Of a DNA stretch of 64,000 nt, positions 18,901 through 29,001 are shown piece after piece (position 1 is the first letter of the stretch; each line of letters starts with the position of its first letter). Origin of the DNA: a virus (Duplodnaviria; Heunggongvirae; Uroviricota; Caudoviricetes); the IMG/VR virus record IMGVR_UViG_3300026549_002494, positions 8,468-72,467 of that record, one strand, 5' to 3'. The notes below the pieces were generated by a model that saw nothing but the letters and a program-made list of their open reading frames with translations, made no database searches and was not told where the DNA came from. The translations under genes were made by a program, and so were the position numbers.

Positions 18901-20121
18901 TTTAAAACTATTATCTGCCGCTTTTATAATATGTTTATCAATTATTTGTTCTTCAGAGGATGATAATAATTCTTTTTTGGCAATGTTAGTTTGATTTTTT
19001 GTAATATTATTATCTTTTTCAGACAATCGCATTTTTATTGAAACAATTATAGGATTTACATTGGCAATCTGTTGAAGCTTTTCTATGGTAGTGTTAAGCT
19101 GATTTTTTAGAGTACTTTCTCTTGTACTAACCTCCATTTTAACCTTTACAGTACCATTTGGAAAACTTGAATTTTCAACATTCGCTGTATCATTAGCCAA
19201 TATAAACTGCTTCACAATAGCCATATTACTTTGAATAGATTTGGCAAATTCTGAAGTTCTTAATGTGATATTAGCCAAACATTTTTCTAATTGCTCCTCA
19301 GAAAATATTTTTTCCCAGTTAACTACTTCCTCAAAATGCTGGGCGCTTACTATATCATCAATTATTTGTTTAGTTTTTAATATTTTTAAATTAAGCTTTT
19401 CTAAACTTGCTAAAGTTTCAACATATTGTTGATCGCCCTCGGGCATAGAAGACAATTCGCTTTTAACAGTTTTTAATTGAGAAAGTAATGATATATATTC
19501 TTGGGTTTGCTCCTTATATGCCTTTTTTAACACGGAAGAAGACTTGTTGTCATAAAAAGAGCCATTTTCTTGTTGTAGTTCTCTATATAATTTTATTATT
19601 TCACTATAATCTTTTCTTAATTGTTCTAAAGACTGTACGGGTTGTGTATCTTTTTCCGAAGGTTTTTTTTCAATGTCCCAAGTAACCTTTCCTCCTATCG
19701 TTTTAGAACTTTTTATTAAAGTTTCTAATGCGATATTACTTTGCTTAATCGAGGTTTCTAATTGCCCAAATTGATTAATTATTTTAGAAATATCAAAGCC
19801 ATTTTGCACAGTTGATAAATTGTTTTGAAGAGATACAAAACTCTCCTTCATCTCATCTATTTCTTTCTCAAACTTTTTTCGAAATTCAGAGAATTGTTTT
19901 ATGTCTAATTTCCCTTGAGAAATTTTCGCAAGCTCTTTATTAATTTTTGTAGACATACCATTAAAGGACTTATCTATAACATTTTGTATTTGTTTAAGTT
20001 CTTGAGACAAAACTCCTGAACTATCCAAAGAGCTAAGTTGTTTTTCTATTTCTTTTTTTGCTTTTTCTAACTCTTTGCGATAATCAAAACCAATTTCTAT
20101 TATATTGGAATTAGATGTCAT
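15904..20121 (-). CDS. Tape measure protein, exon 1 (contains TP901-type tape measure core)
   Basis: VKELDSALLDLKKTS...AKKLGATTKEIIEQAAEWARLG...GGQEILQD..MGTALRTLSMRIRG is a tape measure core. The track's last 21 residues are intron read-through. Confidence 0.88.
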
Positions 20122-20136
20122 TTTATCACCTCTATA

Positions 20137-20556
20137 TTATTTATAATTCATTTTTAAAAAATCTCTATATATTAATAATCTTTTGTAAGGGTTGCTTTCC
20201 TGTGAAATATTTAAAAATTTTGGGCCATGAAAACCATCAAGAAATGAATCAAAAGCCATAATTGATTTTTCAACACCCTGCTGTTTCGTGTTGATAGTTA
20301 AATTTTCAGGAAGTAATTCAATACCTCCGTAATAAATTGCCCCATGTGCATTTTTATAAAGTTTCTTAACAGGATCAGAAAGTCCATCTACTCTTTTATA
20401 ATGGTTCGGTGTGTATTCGCTATAATAATCCTTAACTAATCTTTGATATTCTACCATTAATTTATTTGCTGCATCTATAGCTAATTTTTTGGCGCATTCT
20501 TGTCCCTTACTTTTTAAAAGATTAATTGTATTATTATTTAATTTAAATCTTGCCAT
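20137..20556 (-). CDS. Putative tail completion/assembly protein
   Basis: 139 aa with SD directly upstream of tape measure; function inferred from position. Confidence 0.6.
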   Translation of the reverse strand: MARFKLNNNTINLLKSKGQECAKKLAIDAANKLMVEYQRLVKDYYSEYTPNHYKRVDGLSDPVKKLYKNAHGAIYYGGIELLPENLTINTKQQGVEKSIMAFDSFLDGFHGPKFLNISQESNPYKRLLIYRDFLKMNYK

Positions 20557-20625
20557 ATTTCCTCCTTTCTTGGGATGTAAAAAAGAACCCTGTTATTACA
20601 AGGCTCTGTGTTGTAAAATTTTGTA

Positions 20626-20654
20626 TTTACATTTAATGTTTTTTATGATATAAT
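20626..20654 (+). promoter_or_regulatory. Sigma-A promoter for small membrane peptide gene
   Basis: TTTACA, 17 nt, TG-n-TATAAT. Confidence 0.75.
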
Positions 20655-20796
20655 AACGTTAATGCTATTTTTTCTTAGCAGATGTCAACGAGTTGTAGAT
20701 ACACTCGTTGGAGGAATTTTGAATATCTTGTCCTTTCTGGACACTATAACGATTCCCAATGTATTTTAAACTAATATCTACAGAAGGGAGGGTAGA

Positions 20797-20976
20797 ATGA
20801 TAGAAGTTCTAAACATACTTCTAAAAAGCGGACTGTTTTTTACCGTATGTTATTTGACAAATATTATTGCAAAATGTGTAGTAGCGTATATTATTACACA
20901 CAATAATAATTTATCAGATAATCAGGTGAAATTTTTGACACAGATGATGTCAAAAGATATACATATCCGCAAATAA
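20797..20976 (+). CDS. Small membrane peptide (59 aa), type I toxin-like; paralog of 44553-44711
   Basis: Not in the ORF track. SD GGGAGG, MIEVLNILLKSGLFFTVCYLTNIIAKCVVAYIITHNNNLSDNQVKFLTQMMSKDIHIRK*. Confidence 0.75.
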   Translation: MIEVLNILLKSGLFFTVCYLTNIIAKCVVAYIITHNNNLSDNQVKFLTQMMSKDIHIRK

Positions 20977-21016
20977 TTCTTTTTTATAGTTGCTGTTCAA
21001 TTTCCTTTCTATCCTT

Positions 21017-21050
21017 AAACAGGTTGTAGTTTCTTACAGCCTGTTTTTTT
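21017..21050 (+). terminator. Intrinsic terminator after the small peptide gene
   Basis: AAACAGGTTGTA-loop-TACAGCCTGTTTTTTT. Confidence 0.7.
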
Positions 21051-21185
21051 ATCATTCTACCCTCAAATCTTGTATATGATCTATTAGCAAAAAAGCCAAT
21101 AAGATTTCTTAATATAAAATATTTACAATATAAGTATTCTGTGATATAATGTATCCAATGTAAAAAAACTAAGGAGTATGGTATT

Positions 21186-21410
21186 ATGGATAAATACACA
21201 GAAAACTTTTGTAAAGACAATCCTATCTTTCGTTTTATTTGCCCAAATCCTAAATGCAAAAAATCGTATTCTTTGAAAAGTAAAGACGTATTTAGAAGAG
21301 CAAAATATTCTTTTAAGTGTTCTTCGTGTGGCGAAGTTTCTTCAATAGAAACTCCAAACTTTCTAAGAGGGTATACCAAACAAATAAGAAAGGGGCACGT
21401 TTCGTTTTAA
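21186..21410 (+). CDS. Zinc-ribbon protein
   Basis: CPNPKC...CSSC; own promoter TTTACA-17-TATAAT at about 21122-21150 and SD AAGGAG. Confidence 0.7.
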   Translation: MDKYTENFCKDNPIFRFICPNPKCKKSYSLKSKDVFRRAKYSFKCSSCGEVSSIETPNFLRGYTKQIRKGHVSF

Positions 21411-21592
21411 CAAGCTCAAACTCAAATGGGAAGTCATTAATTTTATGTAAGAGGGTGCGTTCATCAGCGTCCTCTCTTTCTCTTAAGATGTTTTGCATAT
21501 GGATTTTCCATTCTTCAAAATTTGTACACTCTAACTCATAAAATTTACGCAATCCAATCACCTTGTCTGAAACAGAATTTCACCTCTGTCTA

Positions 21593-22216
21593 TTACTCGT
21601 TTCCTCCGCCAACAAACTCCTTACTTTTGGCAATAGCTTTTTCCAATCTCTTCATTAGACGTTCAGCATCTTTCTTATCCAAAGCATCTATCTTCTGCGA
21701 AACCTTCTCGAGAATAGGTTCCAACAGCACACTGCCAACATCAATAATTCTGCTGACTTGATTCTTAATATATCCGTGAATTTCATAATTATTTGTCATC
21801 TCGTCCGAATAAACCATGTCTACTAAGTCACGCAGAGTAGCTATTTCTTCTTCCGGAATAGTAGCTAAAATATAATCCATTATTCCCAATTCATTAAGAG
21901 CGTTATAATGTTCCAAGAAAGCGTCATTGTCAATCTCAAGATTAGTATACAATTCAATTAAACTTCTCTGAAACAAAAATTCCCTCATAGGAGTGTCTAC
22001 ATGGAATACTATTCGGGGTTCTTCTTCAGTTCCTTCGTTTCGATAACAGCTAAAGTCAACAATTCTTTGTGCAAAAGTCAACTTCTGTTCATAGGGAACA
22101 TATCTAATCACCTTAAGATTATTCTCCAAATATTTTTCTTTTAGCAAATCGTTGACCTGCTTACGGTAGCAAGCAATAAACATTTTTAATTTTATTTTCT
22201 TTGTTTCTTCGTTCAT
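21593..22216 (-). CDS. Putative tail assembly chaperone
   Basis: 207 aa acidic helical protein in the tail operon with SD; function inferred from position. Confidence 0.6.
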   Translation of the reverse strand: MNEETKKIKLKMFIACYRKQVNDLLKEKYLENNLKVIRYVPYEQKLTFAQRIVDFSCYRNEGTEEEPRIVFHVDTPMREFLFQRSLIELYTNLEIDNDAFLEHYNALNELGIMDYILATIPEEEIATLRDLVDMVYSDEMTNNYEIHGYIKNQVSRIIDVGSVLLEPILEKVSQKIDALDKKDAERLMKRLEKAIAKSKEFVGGGNE

Positions 22217-22231
22217 AATTTACATCCTTTC

Positions 22232-22708
22232 TCACTTACATCTTTTATTAATGATAGCTTGTCCAATTAATATAGCGTCTGCTTCATCATCAGAAACGTC
22301 TTTACCAAAAAGTGTTTTAACTTTATCCATACTCCACTTTTTCAACGCATCACGCTTTCTACCTTTTTTTTCTGAAGAGATTAAGGCTCTCCACTCGGTA
22401 GGACGAAGCATTATAAATTCAACATTATGTACAACACACCAACCGTACACTACACCTAAAATCATAGTAAGCAAACGTTGTGCCGCTGCATTACGAGTAA
22501 CAACAGTCATTTCAATTCCTACGATATCTGGCTGTTCGGTATTAAGTGTATATAATAATATAGTACACATCTGTTTAAAACGCTCATCAGATGACTTTAT
22601 TTTTTTTAAATTAAACACGCCACTATTACTATATTCTCCATTTAAAAAGATACTCCACCCGGAACAAGAACTCGAAGTATCCAAGCTTAATAATTTACAC
22701 TGTTTCAT
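22232..22708 (-). CDS. ruvC: RuvC-like Holliday junction resolvase
   Basis: LLSLDTS, VGIE and DDEADAILIG catalytic acidic motifs of the RNase H/RuvC fold. Confidence 0.8.
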   Translation of the reverse strand: MKQCKLLSLDTSSSCSGWSIFLNGEYSNSGVFNLKKIKSSDERFKQMCTILLYTLNTEQPDIVGIEMTVVTRNAAAQRLLTMILGVVYGWCVVHNVEFIMLRPTEWRALISSEKKGRKRDALKKWSMDKVKTLFGKDVSDDEADAILIGQAIINKRCK

Positions 22709-23838
22709 TTTAATAGTCTTAAACTCCTTACTCCTTGGTTTATCATTTGAAATACATAATCTAATTTATCATAGGTTTCTTTACCGCTTAACGTTATACG
22801 AATACAACTATGTAAATCTTCATCGGGAATACCAATTTCAATCAAAGTAGAAGATGGGGTGGGCTCGCCGCTATTACAAGCTGTGCCTGTTGACACTGAA
22901 ATTCTTCTATCATTCAGATATAACATTAATGCCTCACCTGAGACACCTTTAAAACATATGTATAAATTATTTGCCAATCTGTCAGAGTTTCTTCCTATTA
23001 TATATGTATCTTCTATGGTATTAATTTTTTGCAATAAATAATTTCTTTCTTTAGCACAATCATGCTCGGAATAATCATAATTTTGAATTGCTCTCCCTAA
23101 TGATGCAATACCTAAAACATTTTCTGTTCCGCCTACAATACTCTGTTCCTGTGTTCCAAAAATAAGAGGGGAGAGTACGATACTATCTTTCTTATAAAAC
23201 ACACCTACACCTTTTAGAGCTCCAAGCTTATGACCTGAAAAACCAACCATATCTACATCTAAACACTGTACGTTTAATGGTACAGTAGAAACAGACCCGG
23301 TACAATCCAAATAAATTATCCCCCCTACTTTATGTACGATCTCAATTATTTCTTTAACAGGCTGAATTGTTCCAATCTCAGAATTTGCATACTCTATAAT
23401 TACAAATGGTCGCTTACCTGTTCTTTGTAATATACTTTTAAATCTGCTTTCAAGGTTTTCGGTTCTTATAACTCCATCCTTATCTACAAAAAGTTTATTT
23501 ACATATTTTCCGTTCAACGCCTTTAATATGGACTTATGAGCAATAGGGGAGTAGAAAATTTCATATTTCTCTTTTACCTCATTAGATAAGGCATAATTTA
23601 TAGCAATCATATTCGAAGCCGAGCCGGAAGGAGTAAATAATATATTAGTTGTATTGGGAGCATTAATAAATGTGGCAACGGCGCTCCTTGCTTGGTTAAT
23701 TAAATATCTTGCCCGCACGCCTTCATCATACAACGAAGAAGGATTTCCAAAATCATCTAAAATACTAATGATATAATCTTTTATTTTCGGGGATAAAGGT
23801 TTTGTCGCAGCGTTGTCAAGGTAAATTCTATCAGTCAT
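22705..23838 (-). CDS. iscS: Cysteine desulfurase (IscS/NifS family)
   Basis: IYLDNAAT, GNPSS, NSEIGTIQP, PLP lysine FSGHKLG, GGTENV, catalytic STGTACNS. Confidence 0.9.
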   Translation of the reverse strand: MTDRIYLDNAATKPLSPKIKDYIISILDDFGNPSSLYDEGVRARYLINQARSAVATFINAPNTTNILFTPSGSASNMIAINYALSNEVKEKYEIFYSPIAHKSILKALNGKYVNKLFVDKDGVIRTENLESRFKSILQRTGKRPFVIIEYANSEIGTIQPVKEIIEIVHKVGGIIYLDCTGSVSTVPLNVQCLDVDMVGFSGHKLGALKGVGVFYKKDSIVLSPLIFGTQEQSIVGGTENVLGIASLGRAIQNYDYSEHDCAKERNYLLQKINTIEDTYIIGRNSDRLANNLYICFKGVSGEALMLYLNDRRISVSTGTACNSGEPTPSSTLIEIGIPDEDLHSCIRITLSGKETYDKLDYVFQMINQGVRSLRLLK

Positions 23839-24088
23839 ACTTTTCCTCCACTAATTCATAATTAATTTTTAACGGGACAATAAGTAATTCTTTATCTATT
23901 AATCTCGTATCTTCATAGAAAAAATTCTTATACATATTTGCTGTTTTTCTTGATAAGAAATTTGTAGCATATTCAATATTCTCTACAAACGAATGTTCTC
24001 CGTTTGTTAATCGTTTGTAATACATTGTAGGATTGTCCATTGTGGCAATCACATATCTATCTAATGTTTTAACTACCAATAATATCAC
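23831..24088 (-). CDS. Hypothetical phage protein
   Basis: Overlapping-stop coupling within the operon. Confidence 0.65.
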   Translation of the reverse strand: MILLVVKTLDRYVIATMDNPTMYYKRLTNGEHSFVENIEYATNFLSRKTANMYKNFFYEDTRLIDKELLIVPLKINYELVEEKYD

Positions 24089-24342
24089 CCCAATTCATAG
24101 TTACACCAAGCAGAATATAAATCTTTTGTTTCTTCTTTTAAAAATATCATAACGACAATATCTGCTTCGGTTTTGGCGTCGATACTGGTATATATATCTA
24201 TAGGAAAAACCCCGTGTTTTATATATAATCTCTGCTGTTTCGGATCTATAATACGACACACTTCGCTCGTAAGATAATCACGAGGTCTTAAATTTGTTTT
24301 CATTTTCATTTTTCTCCGTTCAATCCTTTCACAAAAAAACAA
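24085..24342 (-). CDS. Hypothetical phage protein
   Basis: Coupled to the downstream gene; true start probably MKMKTN. Confidence 0.65.
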   Translation of the reverse strand: MFFCERIERRKMKMKTNLRPRDYLTSEVCRIIDPKQQRLYIKHGVFPIDIYTSIDAKTEADIVVMIFLKEETKDLYSAWCNYELG

Positions 24343-24388
24343 GGGGTATACCTGCTGAATAGTAAGTATACCCCTTAAAAATTAATTA

Positions 24389-24724
24389 CTATTCAACATC
24401 TCTATTTTTGAATTTCTTTTTTACATCTGTATAAACCGGATGAAATTCCCTGTTTTCAGAAGCGATAATCGTATCCAACTCTCTACTGATAGAAGCTTTA
24501 AAAATCTTCTTCTGTGATAGGTCACATTTCTGAATACGCTTTTGCGCTTCCTCTTTAGTTATTTCGTTTGCTAAATATTCCGAAACAATGTGAAAAATCT
24601 CTCTACAATTTTCATCATGGAATTCAGCATACCAAGCCGGTTTAGTAGCGTCTGCACCGCAATGCGGACAATATGTATATAATTTACCGCACACAATGCA
24701 TTTTCTGTTATTTTTTTTCATCAT
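24389..24724 (-). CDS. Cys-rich hypothetical phage protein
   Basis: CxxC...CPHC and C motifs; SD GAGGTG. Confidence 0.7.
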   Translation of the reverse strand: MMKKNNRKCIVCGKLYTYCPHCGADATKPAWYAEFHDENCREIFHIVSEYLANEITKEEAQKRIQKCDLSQKKIFKASISRELDTIIASENREFHPVYTDVKKKFKNRDVE

Positions 24725-24751
24725 AGCACCTCACGATAAAAGAAGAGAGGA

Positions 24752-25540
24752 TTATTCATCCTCTCCCTCATCTTCCTCGGCCCAGTATACTTCGTACAAG
24801 ACTTTATCATCGCTACAGTAGTCTATCTGTAAGTCACCCTTATATTCAAAAGTGCTATCTGTCTGAAGGTCGATAGTTACTTCCGGTGATACTTGGAATG
24901 ACGGTAATACTATGTAACAAGCGCGAAGCGTATCAGGCTTACAAGGGTCAACACCCAGCGCCTTGAGCGTCAGGCGAGTAGTCTTCGGGAATTTATCCGC
25001 CTTATTCTTTATAGCTATACCGCTCTCAACGTCTCTCTGGTACTTAACAATATACATTGTTTCAGCTTCGTCAGTCGGGGGTGTAAGAACGCCCGCTTCT
25101 GTAAGACCAAACTCTGTCGCACTTGCAGTAGTACCTTTCGTATAAGCTTTACCCATTACGCCATTAGCGCCGATTGCATTAACCTTAACAGTACCCTCAA
25201 CGGCGCCCTTCAGTGTGACAGTGCTGCCAGCCTTAACTTTTATAATCTTCGGCATAGGAACTTTTGCCGACGCTGTTGCGACCTCTCTCTTCGAACCCGA
25301 TGTAGCTTCAAGAATATCAATATTAAGCATAGCGTTCTGAGCATCGAACGTACCCTTCTTTGCTTGCCAGAATTTCTTAATAAGGTTTCCATCCTTATCA
25401 TTCTTTTCTTTGCTATCCGCAGTAATATCAATCTTACCTTCTTGGAGTTGTGTTAAAACATACAGGAGATTACCATCAAAATCTTCAGCAACACCCATCA
25501 GGATCTTGTCAATGATAAAATCACCTAACTTAAAACTCAT
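24752..25540 (-). CDS. Probable major tail (tube) protein
   Basis: Strong SD, Gly/Ala/Thr-rich beta-type composition, position between head-tail joining genes and tape measure. Confidence 0.65.
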   Translation of the reverse strand: MSFKLGDFIIDKILMGVAEDFDGNLLYVLTQLQEGKIDITADSKEKNDKDGNLIKKFWQAKKGTFDAQNAMLNIDILEATSGSKREVATASAKVPMPKIIKVKAGSTVTLKGAVEGTVKVNAIGANGVMGKAYTKGTTASATEFGLTEAGVLTPPTDEAETMYIVKYQRDVESGIAIKNKADKFPKTTRLTLKALGVDPCKPDTLRACYIVLPSFQVSPEVTIDLQTDSTFEYKGDLQIDYCSDDKVLYEVYWAEEDEGEDE

Positions 25541-25590
25541 AATTATTTCCTCCTTGTTAAAAAAATTAATAAATAAAAAACTGATTTAGA

Positions 25591-26334
25591 CTATTTTGAT
25601 AATGGTCTAAACCAGTTTAGCTCTGTTTTCGTATCTATTTTTGAAGTGTCTAACATACCCGTGTACATTCCCGAAAGCAATGCGTTACTGTTCTCATACA
25701 CCTGTATACGTTGTACGCTATCCATAAAGGCATAGATGCCTATATCCTTTAACTCATCTATTTTATATTTGAATCCCGGATGGTTCACTAATCCCGATAT
25801 TAATGGCAACAACAAACTATCTTCGTTTTTGGCTTTTTTCTTTTTTTCTGCCATCTGCTTTATTCGTTCATCTTCAATGATCCATTCTTTTGTAGTTCTG
25901 CCCTTAGCTTTTTCTACCTTAGGATGTTGATTGAACATATCACGAAGACATTCAGATGTAGCATTAAAAATTTCCTCATTAAAAACCAGTTCATTTTGAC
26001 TATTTAAAAAAATTACGTTTTCATCTTTATCTTGATAAGGAATCAAACCTCTCCATTCCAAATCCTTAAACACAAAGTTTTGTTTTGAGATTAAATCACT
26101 GTACAAATAGAGAAATAGTTGATAGTCAGTTACCTTGTTCCAGTCTTTACCCGCGTCCCAAAGCTGTAAACGATAGGTTGTAGGATTAGAAATAAAAGGC
26201 GCAATAGAACCATAAATATCTTTTTCACCATACTTAATAAAATCACCAATGGTCGGCTGAATTAAAGTAATATTGTCGGTTATGTGTATGGGTTCTCTAA
26301 AATACAACTGAAGTGCAGTATAGTTTTTATCCAT
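25591..26334 (-). CDS. Virion structural/assembly protein
   Basis: In the head-tail gene block, 247 aa. Confidence 0.65.
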   Translation of the reverse strand: MDKNYTALQLYFREPIHITDNITLIQPTIGDFIKYGEKDIYGSIAPFISNPTTYRLQLWDAGKDWNKVTDYQLFLYLYSDLISKQNFVFKDLEWRGLIPYQDKDENVIFLNSQNELVFNEEIFNATSECLRDMFNQHPKVEKAKGRTTKEWIIEDERIKQMAEKKKKAKNEDSLLLPLISGLVNHPGFKYKIDELKDIGIYAFMDSVQRIQVYENSNALLSGMYTGMLDTSKIDTKTELNWFRPLSK

Positions 26335-26338
26335 ATGT

Positions 26339-26959
26339 TCACCTATACATATCTATATAACCCGTTCGACCATTAACTGTTCTAACAAGATTATTAGGAA
26401 GAGTGGTTTGGAATACAAGAGTCCTTGTAAGAAATTTTGTGTCGGTAGTTCCTTCTTTATTTTCTGTTAAAGCGCACTCCAATCCAAAAATATTACTCTT
26501 TTGAAATATTTCTCTTAAAATACTGGCGATTAAATCATGACGGGGAATGCCTGTAGGGGCATCAATACTGTCGTCACCGTTTACAAATATAACAAATGTG
26601 ATTTCACAGTATTTTTCCGAGTCATTATACTTAGGCTCGCTGTCGCAATCAACCTTGTAGCCTATATAATTTGAAACCTCAGTCTGAACTTCGGGAAAAA
26701 ATAAAAAAGGACGGATATTGCCGGATTTACCAAAATATCTATCCCATTCGCCATCGGGAGTTAAATTTCCGTTTGAGTCAAAAAGTTCGCCCTCTAATTC
26801 TTTATTATGCAGGGCATAGAGAAGTTCGGGGCTTCTCAATAATCTGGTTTTAATCTTTTCTTTTATTCTAATATTGTCATCGTCGGGAGTTTCGGTATAA
26901 GCTCTTAATTTTGACAACATTTCTTTTTTTGTAGAAAAATCATATATTGTTTCGCTCAT
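26339..26959 (-). CDS. Putative tail terminator/completion protein
   Basis: Position in the operon, 206 aa. Confidence 0.55.
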   Translation of the reverse strand: MSETIYDFSTKKEMLSKLRAYTETPDDDNIRIKEKIKTRLLRSPELLYALHNKELEGELFDSNGNLTPDGEWDRYFGKSGNIRPFLFFPEVQTEVSNYIGYKVDCDSEPKYNDSEKYCEITFVIFVNGDDSIDAPTGIPRHDLIASILREIFQKSNIFGLECALTENKEGTTDTKFLTRTLVFQTTLPNNLVRTVNGRTGYIDMYR

Positions 26960-26973
26960 AATACACTCCTTTC

Positions 26974-28197
26974 CTAATTTACAATATTGAATGAAACGGT
27001 ACTTTCAATACCGTCTACAATACATTTAACTTTTAAAATTTCATCTAAATATGACTTGTCATTAGGGAATTTAATTTTGACCTGATTAAAATTAGGACGA
27101 GTGCCCCAAATTATCTTATCAGTAAAATTATTATCCAATACAAAGCCTGTCCATTGAAAATCTTTATCTGCATACTGTTCTGTTATATCCACTCCGCTTT
27201 CGTCATAAATATTAACAGTCAAAAGCTTATAGCTTCCGCCAACTTTAATATCAGGTGTTGAAGCAGTGATTTCACTTCTGACAGACAAAGGGGAGGGGAT
27301 AGTAGCATCGGCATTAACAGGTTCAATCTTTGTGTCATAGTAATCAGCATACATTTCGCCCGTTTCGAGATTTATATAATCCGTATGCGGATTAAACATA
27401 TCCTGTTTAACTGTAATAGATAATAACCCTTGCGGTTTTGTAGACTCTACCTTCGTAACTCTCCATACCATCGGATGTTTTACTCTGGCGCTTATAATAA
27501 TTCTCATATTTTCGTTATCATCTGTATAATAAATATTTTCTGTTACAGGATTTAACGGCAGTAATATCCTTTCAACATTATTTCCTGCTTCAAAATTATA
27601 ATCTCGCCACGTGCCGGCATCATAACTTAACTGTTGTCTATCTACACCCCACATTTGGCATTTAATGCGCTTTTCCTTTTCTTTTATTATCCACTGATAA
27701 TGGTAGTTACAAGGAAGAATGTAGTATTTAACAAACTGGTTCGCTATCTCCTTAGAACAGATAAGCCATTTATGATAAACCCCATTATCATCTGGAATAT
27801 CACAAAATAGACCTACCGGAAAGGTAGAAACACCATATTTTTGTCTATAATCAGTTTCGTAGTAATATAGCTCATCACCCGGATTAAAAAATACAGGCTG
27901 TGATGGTTTAAACTGAAGATGATACTCAACTTGGTCTTTATCTATTGAACCATATTTAGACACAATAAATTTCGCATCAATTTTTGTCTTAGTCGTATTT
28001 TCATACGTCATACCAACATTCAAGGTAGACTGATTATCATGTTTATAATCATATATGTAACAAACCCTGCTCTGAACGTCATCGTTCCATGTTTCTTCCG
28101 CAATAAAGTCAGACTCTTCCTTACGGATTTGTCCAAGTGTTTTTGCGCCATTATATTTAGTAGCAGTCATCCTTCTTACAGTATCTAAACTCGGCAT
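26974..28197 (-). CDS. Putative head closure/neck protein
   Basis: Position; 407 aa with beta-rich C-terminal region. Confidence 0.55.
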   Translation of the reverse strand: MPSLDTVRRMTATKYNGAKTLGQIRKEESDFIAEETWNDDVQSRVCYIYDYKHDNQSTLNVGMTYENTTKTKIDAKFIVSKYGSIDKDQVEYHLQFKPSQPVFFNPGDELYYYETDYRQKYGVSTFPVGLFCDIPDDNGVYHKWLICSKEIANQFVKYYILPCNYHYQWIIKEKEKRIKCQMWGVDRQQLSYDAGTWRDYNFEAGNNVERILLPLNPVTENIYYTDDNENMRIIISARVKHPMVWRVTKVESTKPQGLLSITVKQDMFNPHTDYINLETGEMYADYYDTKIEPVNADATIPSPLSVRSEITASTPDIKVGGSYKLLTVNIYDESGVDITEQYADKDFQWTGFVLDNNFTDKIIWGTRPNFNQVKIKFPNDKSYLDEILKVKCIVDGIESTVSFNIVN

Positions 28198-28583
28198 ATC
28201 TCATCCTCCTCAAATATAGATTTGATAAGTGAATGTGCGTCTAAAATAGCTCTGCGAAATATTTTATAGTTAAATGTATCACTAAAGGCTTCGTTATACG
28301 CCGCTTGTAGCACGGACAAAAGCCTTACCATTGTTTCCGGTTTACCCAATAATGTATCCAACCCGCTAAATCTAAAAAGAAGATTAGAAAAATAAATTTC
28401 AAAATCCTCATCAGAATTAAATACTCGGTCAAAAATTTTTGGGTCTTTATATAAAAGCAACTTATGCACTTCACTGTGCATTCTTTGTGCTGTTTCTATA
28501 ATTTGTTCTTCTGAAAATTTACCATATAGATGTTCCATATCACTCACCACCAATATATGAGTTATACATATAACCACGGTCAC
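28185..28583 (-). CDS. Hypothetical phage protein
   Basis: True start likely MEHLYG (about 28537), coupled to neighbours. Confidence 0.65.
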   Translation of the reverse strand: MTVVICITHILVVSDMEHLYGKFSEEQIIETAQRMHSEVHKLLLYKDPKIFDRVFNSDEDFEIYFSNLLFRFSGLDTLLGKPETMVRLLSVLQAAYNEAFSDTFNYKIFRRAILDAHSLIKSIFEEDEICRV

Positions 28584-28989
28584 GTATGACCTTATAACGC
28601 TTATTTTCTAAATTATCCAAACGTTCAATCATATCCTTATGGTTATCTAAAACTTTCTTTTCTTCTTTACCACCTATCATTTGCGCCGTATTCTTTACAG
28701 AAATCACCTGAGGTTTCAACCATTCAATTACAAATGACAAAGCAAGAAGTTCAATAACAAATTCGTTATCTGAAAAATCATTGGTGGGATATCTCAATGA
28801 AAAATCTATCTGTTGCATCTCGTCATCTAACGTTATAGATGAAAACAATTTGGAAATTCTAATATCTCCAAAAGCAGAATGCAACCTTTCTACATTGATT
28901 TCAAGTAAATCATCAGAATTTAAAGACCATTCTTTTGGGTCATAATATTTATTTCGTGCTCTTGAAAACACTGTTTCATAGGAGATCAT
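28540..28989 (-). CDS. Putative head-tail adaptor
   Basis: Position after the capsid genes; 149 aa helical protein. Confidence 0.55.
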   Translation of the reverse strand: MISYETVFSRARNKYYDPKEWSLNSDDLLEINVERLHSAFGDIRISKLFSSITLDDEMQQIDFSLRYPTNDFSDNEFVIELLALSFVIEWLKPQVISVKNTAQMIGGKEEKKVLDNHKDMIERLDNLENKRYKVIRDRGYMYNSYIGGE

Positions 28990-29001
28990 AAACCCTCCTT
29001 T

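Noticed and set aside
2314-19685. Numerous short plus-strand ORFs inside the tape-measure exons (likewise those antisense to terminase, capsid and others)
   Set aside because: They are antisense shadows of long coding frames, with no SD or motifs.
20984-21379. Minus-strand ORF of 131 aa
   Set aside because: It is antisense to a promoter/SD-supported zinc-ribbon gene and a terminator, and has no SD.
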